From positions 15,129 through 79,128 of the forward strand of contig JBAXDL010000001.1 of NCBI GenBank assembly GCA_037140955.1: a stretch of DNA of 64,000 nt, written 5' to 3'. The stretch is from a bacterium. GTDB lineage: Bacteria; Patescibacteriota; Minisyncoccia; Moranbacterales; GWC2-37-73. Every line of letters starts with the position of its first letter. Position 1 is the stretch's first letter. A program made the translations under genes and the position numbers. Below, piece after piece: positions 38,646 to 47,002 of this stretch. The notes below the pieces were generated by a model. That model saw nothing but the letters and a program-made list of their open reading frames with translations, had not been told where the DNA came from and did no database searches.

Positions 38646-38792
38646 GGTTATCTCTCCTTTTTTGTGGGATATCTTGCGATTGAAAACAATCAGTTGTTAA
38701 GCTACCAAAGTTTATTATTTAACCATATTCCAAGAAAAAATGCAAACAAAAAAAACGTTCAAAAAAAATTGAACGTTTTTGTCAAGAATTTT

Positions 38793-39377
38793 TTATTGCA
38801 AGATTTTTTCCAACAATTCTTCTTTTCCCTTTTTTGTCTTAGAAGAGAAATAAATAATATTTTTTGTATCCAGAAGTTCTCCAATTACTCGCTGCTTTTT
38901 GACCAACTCACTAGCCTTAACTTTGTCCATTTTGTTTGCAAGGATTATTACTTCATAGCCATTTTCACTGAGCAATTCCATCATTTCAATATCAAATTTT
39001 TTCGGACCAACATTTCCATCAACAATCAAAACAACTTTAGCTGGCTTGTGCTGGTTGTGTTCCAAATACCACATAATCATTTTGCGCATTTTTTCTGCTT
39101 GAGCAAGTGACGCCCTGGCATATCCATAACCTGGAAGATCAACAAAATATGTTTTTTCATTGATTAAGAAAAAATTGAGCTGCAAAGTTCGCCCCGGTGT
39201 CGAAGAAGAAATAGCAAGACCCTTTTTTCCAGTTAGCGCATTGATCACACTAGATTTTCCCACGTTTGAACGACCAACAAAAGCAATTTGCGGCAATCCA
39301 TCGCCAAGAATTTGGTCCGTTCCAACCACTCCCTTAACAAATTCAGCTGATTTTATAACATTTATCATAGACCTCAT
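38793..39377 (-). CDS. engB: Ribosome biogenesis GTPase YihA/YsxC
   Basis: GRSNVGKSS, S.TPGRT, DLPGYGYA, NKMDK. Confidence 0.95.
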   Translation of the reverse strand: MRSMINVIKSAEFVKGVVGTDQILGDGLPQIAFVGRSNVGKSSVINALTGKKGLAISSSTPGRTLQLNFFLINEKTYFVDLPGYGYARASLAQAEKMRKMIMWYLEHNQHKPAKVVLIVDGNVGPKKFDIEMMELLSENGYEVIILANKMDKVKASELVKKQRVIGELLDTKNIIYFSSKTKKGKEELLEKILQ

Positions 39378-39481
39378 ACTAACCTATTAGCCAAAAAATA
39401 TCAAGCAAAAACAGTAATCTCACCCAAACAAAAAGAACCCCAATAAATCAGGGTTCTTTTGTTGACTCAACTTACTAGTAA

Positions 39482-39811
39482 CTAGTAGTTGTTTCGGCTT
39501 CCGTAACCACCACCATTGCGGCTGTTACCACCACCATTGAAATCACGTCGCGGTGGACGAGCTTCCATTGGTCGAGCTTCATTTACAGTCAAACTTCTTC
39601 CTTCATAATCCTTTTTGTCAAACATTTCGATTGCTGCTTGTGCTTCTTGGTCAGAAGACATTTCAACGAATCCAAAACCTTTGCTACGACCAGTCATTTT
39701 GTCCATGATGATTGTAGCTGAGGTAACTGTTCCTGCTTGAGCAAAAAGATCACGCAATGCATCTTCCGTAGTTGCATATGGAAGACCACCAACGTATAGT
39801 TTTGTTGCCAT
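39482..39811 (-). CDS. RRM-domain RNA-binding protein
   Basis: KLYVGGL (RNP2), RSKGFGFVEM (RNP1), Gly/Arg tail; start ATG 39811. Confidence 0.95.
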   Translation of the reverse strand: MATKLYVGGLPYATTEDALRDLFAQAGTVTSATIIMDKMTGRSKGFGFVEMSSDQEAQAAIEMFDKKDYEGRSLTVNEARPMEARPPRRDFNGGGNSRNGGGYGSRNNY

Positions 39812-39912
39812 AGTTTTTCGCTTTTGTAAACGTATTACGCTTGTAAGGCGACCTCCTCTCTTAATTTTACGCACCAAAGGCGAAAACCAGTAAGACACTT
39901 ACAATTAAGCTC

Positions 39913-39941
39913 AGTATACACAATTGTAGTCATACTGTCAA
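39913..39941 (-). promoter_or_regulatory. sigma70 promoter of the RRM gene
   Basis: TTGACA-17 bp-TATACT on the minus strand. Confidence 0.8.
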
Positions 39942-39952
39942 TCAAAACACCA

Positions 39953-40429
39953 CTAAGCTGCTATCATTTTTTCCTCCTCTTCGCATGCCTTGTTTACAAT
40001 TTCTCGATGATTTTTTGTACTATATTCCAGCGCAAGCAAAAGCACCTCCAAGTCAGGAGCATCACCAGCAAAAACTTCAAAGAAATTCTTCTCCAATAAT
40101 GTTTCCTCAATCTTTCTAGAAGCTTTAAGCGCATCAATAAGAGCAATTCCAGTTTTTATTTTGTCCTCTTGGCTTTGAACATAATCATGAAACTCACTCA
40201 GCAAGCTAAGATTAAACCGTTCCCTATTAAAAGCAACACTACCTTCTTCAACTTTTTTCTTCAATGTTCCAATCCAAGCACCATGACTAATTTCTTCGCG
40301 TGCAAGCTCCTCCCAAAATTCCTTGCGCGAAGCAAAAGCATGTCCATACTTGGCATATAGTTCACTAAGCTTAACTTCATTTTTCGCCATTTGCTCAACT
40401 ATCAAAAGTTGATATTCCATTTCATCCAT
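39953..40429 (-). CDS. Ferritin/rubrerythrin-like four-helix protein
   Basis: E..LS.LY, FWEELAREE..H, A..IE, H diiron-type spacing. Confidence 0.7.
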   Translation of the reverse strand: MDEMEYQLLIVEQMAKNEVKLSELYAKYGHAFASRKEFWEELAREEISHGAWIGTLKKKVEEGSVAFNRERFNLSLLSEFHDYVQSQEDKIKTGIALIDALKASRKIEETLLEKNFFEVFAGDAPDLEVLLLALEYSTKNHREIVNKACEEEEKMIAA

Positions 40430-40551
40430 ATTTATTATTTATAATTATTACAAAATAATTATAGCACCTTTGGCATATAAAAAAAGAATTCGATTGAAAT
40501 AATCGAATTCTTCACACTTCTAAACAATATTATATTTTTAGTATTTACTAT

Positions 40552-41865
40552 TTATTTTTTTGCAGCGCTCTCTCCCGCCAAATGTCCAGTTGACCAAGCA
40601 ATTTGCAAATTATATCCACCAGTTGGACCATCCACATCAATAACCTCACCAGCAAAGAAAAGATTTGAAACGATTCGGGATTGCATTGTTCGCGAATCAA
40701 TTTCCTTGGTGGAAACTCCACCACTAGTCACCATAGCTTTTTCATATCCAAACAAACCATCAACACTCATTTCAATATTTTTAAAAAGTTTTATTAGTAA
40801 TTGTCTTTCCTTTTTGCTTATTTTTGCAGCATGTTTTTCCAAATCCAAACCAGAATATCTCAAAAGAAAATCCAAAAGTTTTGGCGAAAAAACATCTACC
40901 AGACAATTTGCTAATTTTTTATCAGCATTACGATAAAAATCAGTTTGCACAATTTCATCCAATTGCTCAAAACTCAAATACGGCTTCAGATTAATAACAA
41001 GTTTTATATTATTGTCATCCCTAGTTTCTTCTTTGTCATTCCCGCGAAGGCGGGAATCCAGGTTTTCTTTGGCATTAATAAGTTTCCCAATTCCACGACT
41101 CATGTTGAGCGCCAGTGGCCCTGAAAGACCATAATGAGCAAACATCAAATCACCAGCATCAGAAAATTTCTTTTTGTCATTTTGAAAAACTGCAACAGAA
41201 ACGGAGCTAACACTAACACCCTGCAACTCACCAACCCAATCTTCTTTTGTTTTGATAGGCACGAGCACTGGCATAGGTTCAATAATCTTATGACCCAATT
41301 TTTCTGCCCAAATCCAACCATCACCCATTGATCCAGTTGCTGGATATGATTTTCCACCAGTTGCAATGATCACATTTTTAGGAAAAAGTTCTCTTTTCTT
41401 TAATTTAATTTTAACAATCTGATTTTCATCATTTAATGAAAAATCAACCACATGAGATTTATATAGAAAAGTGATATTATTTTCTTTCAAGGCTGAAATT
41501 AAAGCCCCAAGCACGTCTGATCCCTTGTCGCTAACAGGATATACCTTGCCGTTTTTTTCAACTTTTGTTGGCACCCAATGACTTTGGAAAAATTCTCGCA
41601 CATTGGCAGGACGAAAAGCGCCGAAAGCGGAAAGCAAAAACCTACCATTCTTGTATAGATTTGAAAGTTCCACGATATTATTCTCATCTTGAGTGATGTT
41701 GCAGCGACCATTTCCTGCCATCAAAAGCTTCTTGCCTGGCTCCTCCTTCTTGTCCACCAAGGCCACGCGAGCGCCTTTTTTGGCAGCAGCAAGAGCAGCC
41801 ATCATCCCAGAGGGACCAGCGCCAATCACGACAACATCAAATTCTTCTTCGATCAATTTTTTCAT
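40552..41865 (-). CDS. HI0933/YhiN-family flavoprotein, with an in-frame palindromic insertion
   Basis: IGAGPSGMMAA, GKKL...GNGRCN.T, ATGGKSYP.TGS.GDG, VTSGGV, GEVIDVDGPTGGYNLQ. Confidence 0.93.
   Translation of the reverse strand: MKKLIEEEFDVVVIGAGPSGMMAALAAAKKGARVALVDKKEEPGKKLLMAGNGRCNITQDENNIVELSNLYKNGRFLLSAFGAFRPANVREFFQSHWVPTKVEKNGKVYPVSDKGSDVLGALISALKENNITFLYKSHVVDFSLNDENQIVKIKLKKRELFPKNVIIATGGKSYPATGSMGDGWIWAEKLGHKIIEPMPVLVPIKTKEDWVGELQGVSVSSVSVAVFQNDKKKFSDAGDLMFAHYGLSGPLALNMSRGIGKLINAKENLDSRLRGNDKEETRDDNNIKLVINLKPYLSFEQLDEIVQTDFYRNADKKLANCLVDVFSPKLLDFLLRYSGLDLEKHAAKISKKERQLLIKLFKNIEMSVDGLFGYEKAMVTSGGVSTKEIDSRTMQSRIVSNLFFAGEVIDVDGPTGGYNLQIAWSTGHLAGESAAKK
41034..41061. repeat. GTCATTCC-type palindromic repeat inside a CDS
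   Basis: TGTCATTCCCGCGAAGGCGGGAATCCAG; reads LDSRLRGND in the protein; a degenerate TGTCATCCC lies at 41013. Confidence 0.9.
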
Positions 41866-41967
41866 AAAGCTTATCATGACACGCTTTGGTTTATTTGTCC
41901 ACCCTTTTCCCTTTACTTACTTAAAATATTGTGTTATTCTATATTTTCACTAATAATTAGTTCATCA

Positions 41968-42040
41968 AGTCGAAAGTCAAAAGTCCATAAAGTGAGTGCG
42001 TTTTGCTTTACAGACCTTAAAGACTTGATAAACTTTTGAC
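41968..42040. repeat. Inverted nonamer array upstream of obgE
   Basis: AAGTCGAAAGTCAAAAGTCCATAAAG ... CTTTACAGA-CCTTAAAGA-CTTGATAAA-CTTTTGAC, ending 8 nt before the ATG. Confidence 0.65.
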
Positions 42041-42048
42041 CAATTTCT

Positions 42049-43011
42049 ATGTTAATCGACGATATTAAAATTGAAGTTGCAGCAGGACACGGAGGCAAAG
42101 GCTGCGTGGCTTTCAACAAAAACTTGATGAGTCTTGGACCAGCTGGCGGAAGTGGCGGCAAAGGAGGAAGTGTCATTTTTGTTGGTGTTTCAGATCTTAA
42201 TGCCCTTGGTCAATTTCGCTTCAGAAAACAAGTTAATGCTCAAAATGGCCATGAAGGAAAAGGTCAATTTTGTGACGGGCCAGATGCAAAAGATGAAATG
42301 ATCAAAATTCCAGTTGGAACAGTTATTCACAACTTAACAACAGGTGCAGATGAAGAAATAACAAAAGTTGGACAAGAAATATTAATCGCCAAAGGAGGAC
42401 GAGGAGGACGAGGAAACTTCCAATTTCGCGGATCAAAAAACACCACCCCAAAAGAATTTGAACAAGGAAAACCTGGGCAAGAATTTGAACTACGATTGGA
42501 ACTAAAAATGATTGCAGACATTGGATTCGTGGGACTTCCTAATCTTGGAAAATCTTCTTTATTAAACGAACTTACCAATGCCAATGTGAAAGTTGCCAAT
42601 TATCAATTCACCACACTTGAACCAAATCTTGGAGTTTACTATAGTCTTATTTTGGCCGATATTCCTGGCCTTATTGAAGGTGCTTCAGATGGCAAAGGTC
42701 TTGGCATAAAATTTTTAAAACATGTTGAGCGCACAAAAATTATTTTTCATTTCCTGGCAGCTGACAGTGAAGATATTAATGCTGACTATAAAACTATTCG
42801 CAAAGAACTTGAATCATTCAATCCAGCCCTTCTTGAAAAACCTGAATATATTTTAGTTTCACGCAGCGACTTAGTCAGTGAGAAAGATTTAAAGAAAATA
42901 CTCACCAAGGCAAAAAGGATCAACAAAAATGCTATCCCTATTTCAATTCACAACTGGGATCAACTGCAAAAAGTCAAAGAACTGCTCAATGTAATGGACA
43001 AAGAGAAGTAA
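42049..43011 (+). CDS. obgE: Obg family GTPase CgtA/ObgE
   Basis: Gly-rich Obg fold, LELK.IADIG.VG.PN.GKS, Y.FTTL.PNLG, ADIPGLIEGA. Confidence 0.96.
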   Translation: MLIDDIKIEVAAGHGGKGCVAFNKNLMSLGPAGGSGGKGGSVIFVGVSDLNALGQFRFRKQVNAQNGHEGKGQFCDGPDAKDEMIKIPVGTVIHNLTTGADEEITKVGQEILIAKGGRGGRGNFQFRGSKNTTPKEFEQGKPGQEFELRLELKMIADIGFVGLPNLGKSSLLNELTNANVKVANYQFTTLEPNLGVYYSLILADIPGLIEGASDGKGLGIKFLKHVERTKIIFHFLAADSEDINADYKTIRKELESFNPALLEKPEYILVSRSDLVSEKDLKKILTKAKRINKNAIPISIHNWDQLQKVKELLNVMDKEK

Positions 43012-43063
43012 ATTCTAGTAAGATAAAATAAGTTCTTACCATCAAACAAAAAAGGAGTTTGGC

Positions 43064-43531
43064 ATGAAAAGTAATTTTTATTACAGCACGCAGGAAGATC
43101 CATTTTTTATTGAAGTTAAAAGCTTATTAAAAAATCTGACCAATGATGTCAGAGAAAATAAGCCACTATCCGCAAAAAGAGCAGTTCGCCTAATGCATCT
43201 AATCACATTGGAAATACCTGTAACATCTTTCAAGGATCATGTTTACACAAAACAAGTCTTGGATGCCATCGAGTTATTTTTGCAAACTGAAAATCTAGAC
43301 GAAATAAAAAAAATTGCACGCAAAAGAAAAACTGATCGACTGGAAATGCGTAGAGCAATTGCTTGTGATGCTTTTGAATATTTCTCTTTCTTGCCAATGC
43401 AATTATTAGCTGATCCAGGCAATATCCACAGATATCAAGAAAATATCGATATGCTTCTTTGGCTACTACGCAAAACAAGACCAAACAAAAACTGCTTAAA
43501 AATATTAAGCAGTCACATTGCAAGGTTATAA
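43064..43531 (+). CDS. Hypothetical protein (orphan-like)
   Basis: 155-aa ORF with AAGGAG RBS; followed by a hairpin at about 43536-43567. Confidence 0.6.
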   Translation: MKSNFYYSTQEDPFFIEVKSLLKNLTNDVRENKPLSAKRAVRLMHLITLEIPVTSFKDHVYTKQVLDAIELFLQTENLDEIKKIARKRKTDRLEMRRAIACDAFEYFSFLPMQLLADPGNIHRYQENIDMLLWLLRKTRPNKNCLKILSSHIARL

Positions 43532-43570
43532 AAACATAAAGCGTCTCAGAAAATCGAGGCGCTTTATTCC

Positions 43571-43939
43571 TTATTCCTCATGATGTTTTGCATGATTGTT
43601 TTTACTAGGTTCAAATGTATGCAAAATAGTATTAACCAAAGAAAGGATTAAACTGAAAAAAAGTGCCGTCCAAAAACTTGGAACATAAAAACCATCCACG
43701 AATTTGCTCGTCAGCATGATCATACCAGCATTAATAACCAGAGTAAAAAGCCCCAAGGTTAAAATTGTTATTGGCAATGTCAAAACAATCAAAATTGGTT
43801 TTAAAATTGTATTAAAAATTCCTAGCACCACCGCCACTACCAAGGCCACAAAAAAACCCTTCAAAACAACTCCAGGCAAAAGATAGGCTGCAACCATAAT
43901 CGCCAATGCCCTCAAAAACCAATGTAGTAGTATTCTCAT
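43571..43939 (-). CDS. Phage holin family 4 (YvlD-like) membrane protein
   Basis: N..LKPIL..LTLP..ILTLGLF.LVINA. Confidence 0.9.
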   Translation of the reverse strand: MRILLHWFLRALAIMVAAYLLPGVVLKGFFVALVVAVVLGIFNTILKPILIVLTLPITILTLGLFTLVINAGMIMLTSKFVDGFYVPSFWTALFFSLILSLVNTILHTFEPSKNNHAKHHEE

Positions 43940-44014
43940 AATTTTATTTTAATATTAATTATTAATACCCTCATTATAACATATGTATTTAACAGTCGGT
44001 TACAAATTTTAAAT

Positions 44015-44998
44015 TTAAAATTTTAAATTTAAAATTTCATTGAGGTATTCTTCAATTATTTTTTCAACCTCGCCAACACTTTCCGTCTCCATCAATTTTG
44101 CCCGCAGTTCCTTAGCGCCATCAAAACCACCAACATAAGCCTTGAAATGTTTTTTCATCACATGAAATCCTTTTATATTCTTGCTCGAAAGTTCTTTTTC
44201 AAAAAGTTTAGCATGTTCAATCATGACAGTAAATCTCTCTGTAAATCCAATATTTTCAATAGAAATTTTCTTATTAAAAAACCAAGGATTTCCAAAAATA
44301 GCGCGACCAACCATGACTCCATCCATCCCAGATTCTTTGGCTTTTTGTTTTCCGTCGCATAGACTTTGTACATCTCCATTACCAACAACAATAACACCAG
44401 CATCTTTGGCCATTCTTGCTATTTTAGGAGCAAGCTCCCAGTGAGCAGCAACTTCTGACATTTCTTTTCGTGTGCGCAAATGAACTGTGAGCACAGCTGG
44501 TTTTTCTGCCAAAATTTCCGGCAGCCAAGTTTCGATTTCATTTTTGTTGTACCCAATGCGAGTCTTAACTGAAACAGGAATATCGCCTGCCCCTTCCTTG
44601 GCAGCCCGAATCAATTCTCGTGCAAGTTTTGGATTCTTCATGAGCGCACTTCCAGCTCCCTGCTTTTCCACGCTGCGATCAGGACATCCCATGTTTATTT
44701 CAATTCCATCAAATCCCAGCTCGCACAAAATTTCAGTTGCCTTTTTGATATTTTCAGGTTTTGATCCAAAAATTTGAGCCACAATCGGATGCTCATTTTT
44801 GCCATATCGCATATCCTTTAGCAGTGCCTGCCTACCTTTTTCACTGGCCAAGCCATCAGCACTAACAAATTCCGTGTAAATAACATCAGGCTTGCCATAC
44901 TTAACTAGCATCTGCCTCTGCGCAAAATCAGTCACATCAGCCATTGGAGCTAATGCAAAAAAGGGTTTTTTCAATTTTTCCCAAAAATTCTTTTTCAT
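44015..44998 (-). CDS. tRNA-dihydrouridine synthase (DusB-like)
   Basis: LAPMADVTD, QIFGS, INMGCP, PVSVKTRIG, H.RT, GNGDV, MVGR...GNPW. Confidence 0.93.
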   Translation of the reverse strand: MKKNFWEKLKKPFFALAPMADVTDFAQRQMLVKYGKPDVIYTEFVSADGLASEKGRQALLKDMRYGKNEHPIVAQIFGSKPENIKKATEILCELGFDGIEINMGCPDRSVEKQGAGSALMKNPKLARELIRAAKEGAGDIPVSVKTRIGYNKNEIETWLPEILAEKPAVLTVHLRTRKEMSEVAAHWELAPKIARMAKDAGVIVVGNGDVQSLCDGKQKAKESGMDGVMVGRAIFGNPWFFNKKISIENIGFTERFTVMIEHAKLFEKELSSKNIKGFHVMKKHFKAYVGGFDGAKELRAKLMETESVGEVEKIIEEYLNEILNLKF

Positions 44999-45060
44999 AT
45001 ACCTCATTATTGCCTCAATTTAGACTTTTTAGCAAGCAAAATCCCCGGCTCAGCGGGGAA

Positions 45061-45093
45061 ATTTTGGATTTTGGATTTTGTATTTTGAATTTT
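45061..45093. repeat. Heptamer tandem (ATTTTGG/ATTTTGT)x5
   Basis: Read directly; lies next to the CCCCG..CGGGG hairpin. Confidence 0.7.
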
Positions 45094-45096
45094 GCC

Positions 45097-45471
45097 CTAT
45101 TCCCCCGTTGTCGTCCCACCATTAGCCTTCTTGAATCCAACTTTCCAGCTAGGCTCATAATCATTGTCAAACTCATCTTTCACAACAACCGTTTCGCCTT
45201 TCATCAAAGTTGAAAGTGCAATATCGTTCATCATTTCTTTTTCAGTATCAACTTCATGCTTCAAATCTTCCAATTTTTCATAGGCACGACCAAGTTGCAA
45301 TTGAATTCTTGCTTCAATTTGTTTCTTCTTCTCGCGAAGTTCTGTAATTTTTTCCACAATTTCCTCATATTCATCAGCTTGCACCAAGGCATCTTTATAC
45401 ATATCCCTCAAATCTTTTTGCTCCTTTTTCATTTCACGAATGTGATTGAAAACTTCTTGAATGTTTTGCAT
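45097..45471 (-). CDS. Conserved hypothetical coiled-coil protein
   Basis: Helical charged ORF, D.ALSTLMKGETV.V.D...N.YEP...V.FKK. Confidence 0.7.
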   Translation of the reverse strand: MQNIQEVFNHIREMKKEQKDLRDMYKDALVQADEYEEIVEKITELREKKKQIEARIQLQLGRAYEKLEDLKHEVDTEKEMMNDIALSTLMKGETVVVKDEFDNDYEPSWKVGFKKANGGTTTGE

Positions 45472-45627
45472 CTTGTTTTTTACATTTACTTATTACAACG
45501 TTTTTACATCATAGCACAACTTTAATTATTGAAAAAGTGTTAGCAAAAAAGCAAACAAAAAAGGTGCCGCGTAATATTCGCGCGCACCAATTTTTTTGTT
45601 TTTGTTTTTGTTTTTTGTTTCTATCTC

Positions 45628-46275
45628 TTAATTTAATAATTTATCATAATAAATACTCACGTCTTTTATCCATTTTTCCTCACTGGCATTTTTATCCCTA
45701 TTCTGACAAGCATATCCACATTTCCAAATAACCATTTCCTTTGGGGTATCAATATTTTCATTTTTTACTAATTCATCAATACGCTGCGCAATTGTATCAA
45801 CTGCTTGCTCGGGAGAATCAAAACAAGTATGACCTCCAGATCCCATTTTGTCAGCCTTCAAACGAAATCCCCAATAATTATAACAATCATTTCCATCAAG
45901 CACTGGTTTTCTTTTTCCCCAAGCACTTTCCTTTTTTGCGATAGCAACCAAGAACATAGCTGTCTTTGGATCTTGCTTCACTATATATGGAGTCATTTGT
46001 TCAATTGGATAACCTTCAACCATTTTTTCAATTTCAGTTGCAAGTGCTGTAGGCTTGTTTATTCTAATAGGTTGAGTTATCTCAGGAGCAACAATAACTT
46101 TTTCAAAAGCCTTAATCATTGTCATTACTGTGGTAACAAAAATAATAAAAAGCATTAAACCCAAAATTCTTCCATGTTGTGGGTTCACATTGCCAAGAGT
46201 CAAAAATTTAGCCTGTTTTCTTTTTGGCTTATTTTGAGTCTTTTTTACTATTTTTTTGTTTGTTTGTTTTTTCAT
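45628..46275 (-). CDS. Membrane-anchored lysozyme-like/glucosaminidase-like protein (paralog 3)
   Basis: MV.GYPIE.M.PYI..QD..TA.FLVAIAKKES.WG...CYNYWG...GGHTCF.SP..AV...WKCG..C. Confidence 0.6.
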   Translation of the reverse strand: MKKQTNKKIVKKTQNKPKRKQAKFLTLGNVNPQHGRILGLMLFIIFVTTVMTMIKAFEKVIVAPEITQPIRINKPTALATEIEKMVEGYPIEQMTPYIVKQDPKTAMFLVAIAKKESAWGKRKPVLDGNDCYNYWGFRLKADKMGSGGHTCFDSPEQAVDTIAQRIDELVKNENIDTPKEMVIWKCGYACQNRDKNASEEKWIKDVSIYYDKLLN

Positions 46276-46466
46276 ATTTTTTAATCTCCCTTGTTTTATT
46301 CAAGACCTTTTAAAATAATAATGGCTTAAACAAGGTAAATCTTTCAAAAAATAAAACAAAAACGGGCGTTCACCCGTTTTTGTTCTAACTATTCTGATAA
46401 CATAAGTATACACCCAAAACAGCAAAAAGTCAATGCCTTCAATATACCACTTCTCGAATACGCTAT

Positions 46467-46495
46467 TTGACAAAATTTAGTTTACTGGTAAACTA
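46467..46495 (+). promoter_or_regulatory. Promoter and palindromic operator of the MarR-RND operon
   Basis: TTGACA 46467-46472; TAGTTTAC-TG-GTAAACTA 46478-46495 overlaps the -10 TAAACT. Confidence 0.7.
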
Positions 46496-46525
46496 CTTTA
46501 ACATTAATAATTTTTCAAAAAAGCA

Positions 46526-46993
46526 ATGATATTTAATGATCAATCGCCAATTGAACCCATAGTCTGCCTAGCACATAGACTTGAAGCTATTGGCAATAAA
46601 TATGTTTTCAAGCCAATGGGACTTTCTTCTACTAGTGTGCACATCTTAAAGCTGCTGCACATCAATAAGCAATTAACATCTAGCGACCTAATCAAGCTAA
46701 CAGGAGCCAACAAGTCAAATATTAGTCAGCGCTTGAGTTTTTTAGAAAAAGAGCACTACATCAAAAAAACAATTCCTGACAACATCACTGATAGACGCAA
46801 AATAACACTAGAACTTACAAGTAATGGTAAAGAAAAAATTCTTGACCTAGAAAAAAGAATGCAGCAAGCCAGAATTTCCTTTGAAAAAAAATTCAGCAAA
46901 GAAGAACTTGCTCATCACAAAGCTTTTTTCAAGAAAGTAGCAGCAATCCTCGACAATGGTGAAAGTGAATTAAATAAGATATTTAAATTTTAG
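46526..46993 (+). CDS. MarR family transcriptional regulator
   Basis: wHTH, KSNIS..L..LEK..YI, DRR....LT..G. Confidence 0.9.
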   Translation: MIFNDQSPIEPIVCLAHRLEAIGNKYVFKPMGLSSTSVHILKLLHINKQLTSSDLIKLTGANKSNISQRLSFLEKEHYIKKTIPDNITDRRKITLELTSNGKEKILDLEKRMQQARISFEKKFSKEELAHHKAFFKKVAAILDNGESELNKIFKF

Positions 46994-47002
46994 CAAAAGC
47001 AT

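Noticed and set aside
38403-39110. 235-aa plus-strand ORF
   Set aside because: Antisense to engB and ORF 37926-38645, Phe-rich, with no recognisable motif.
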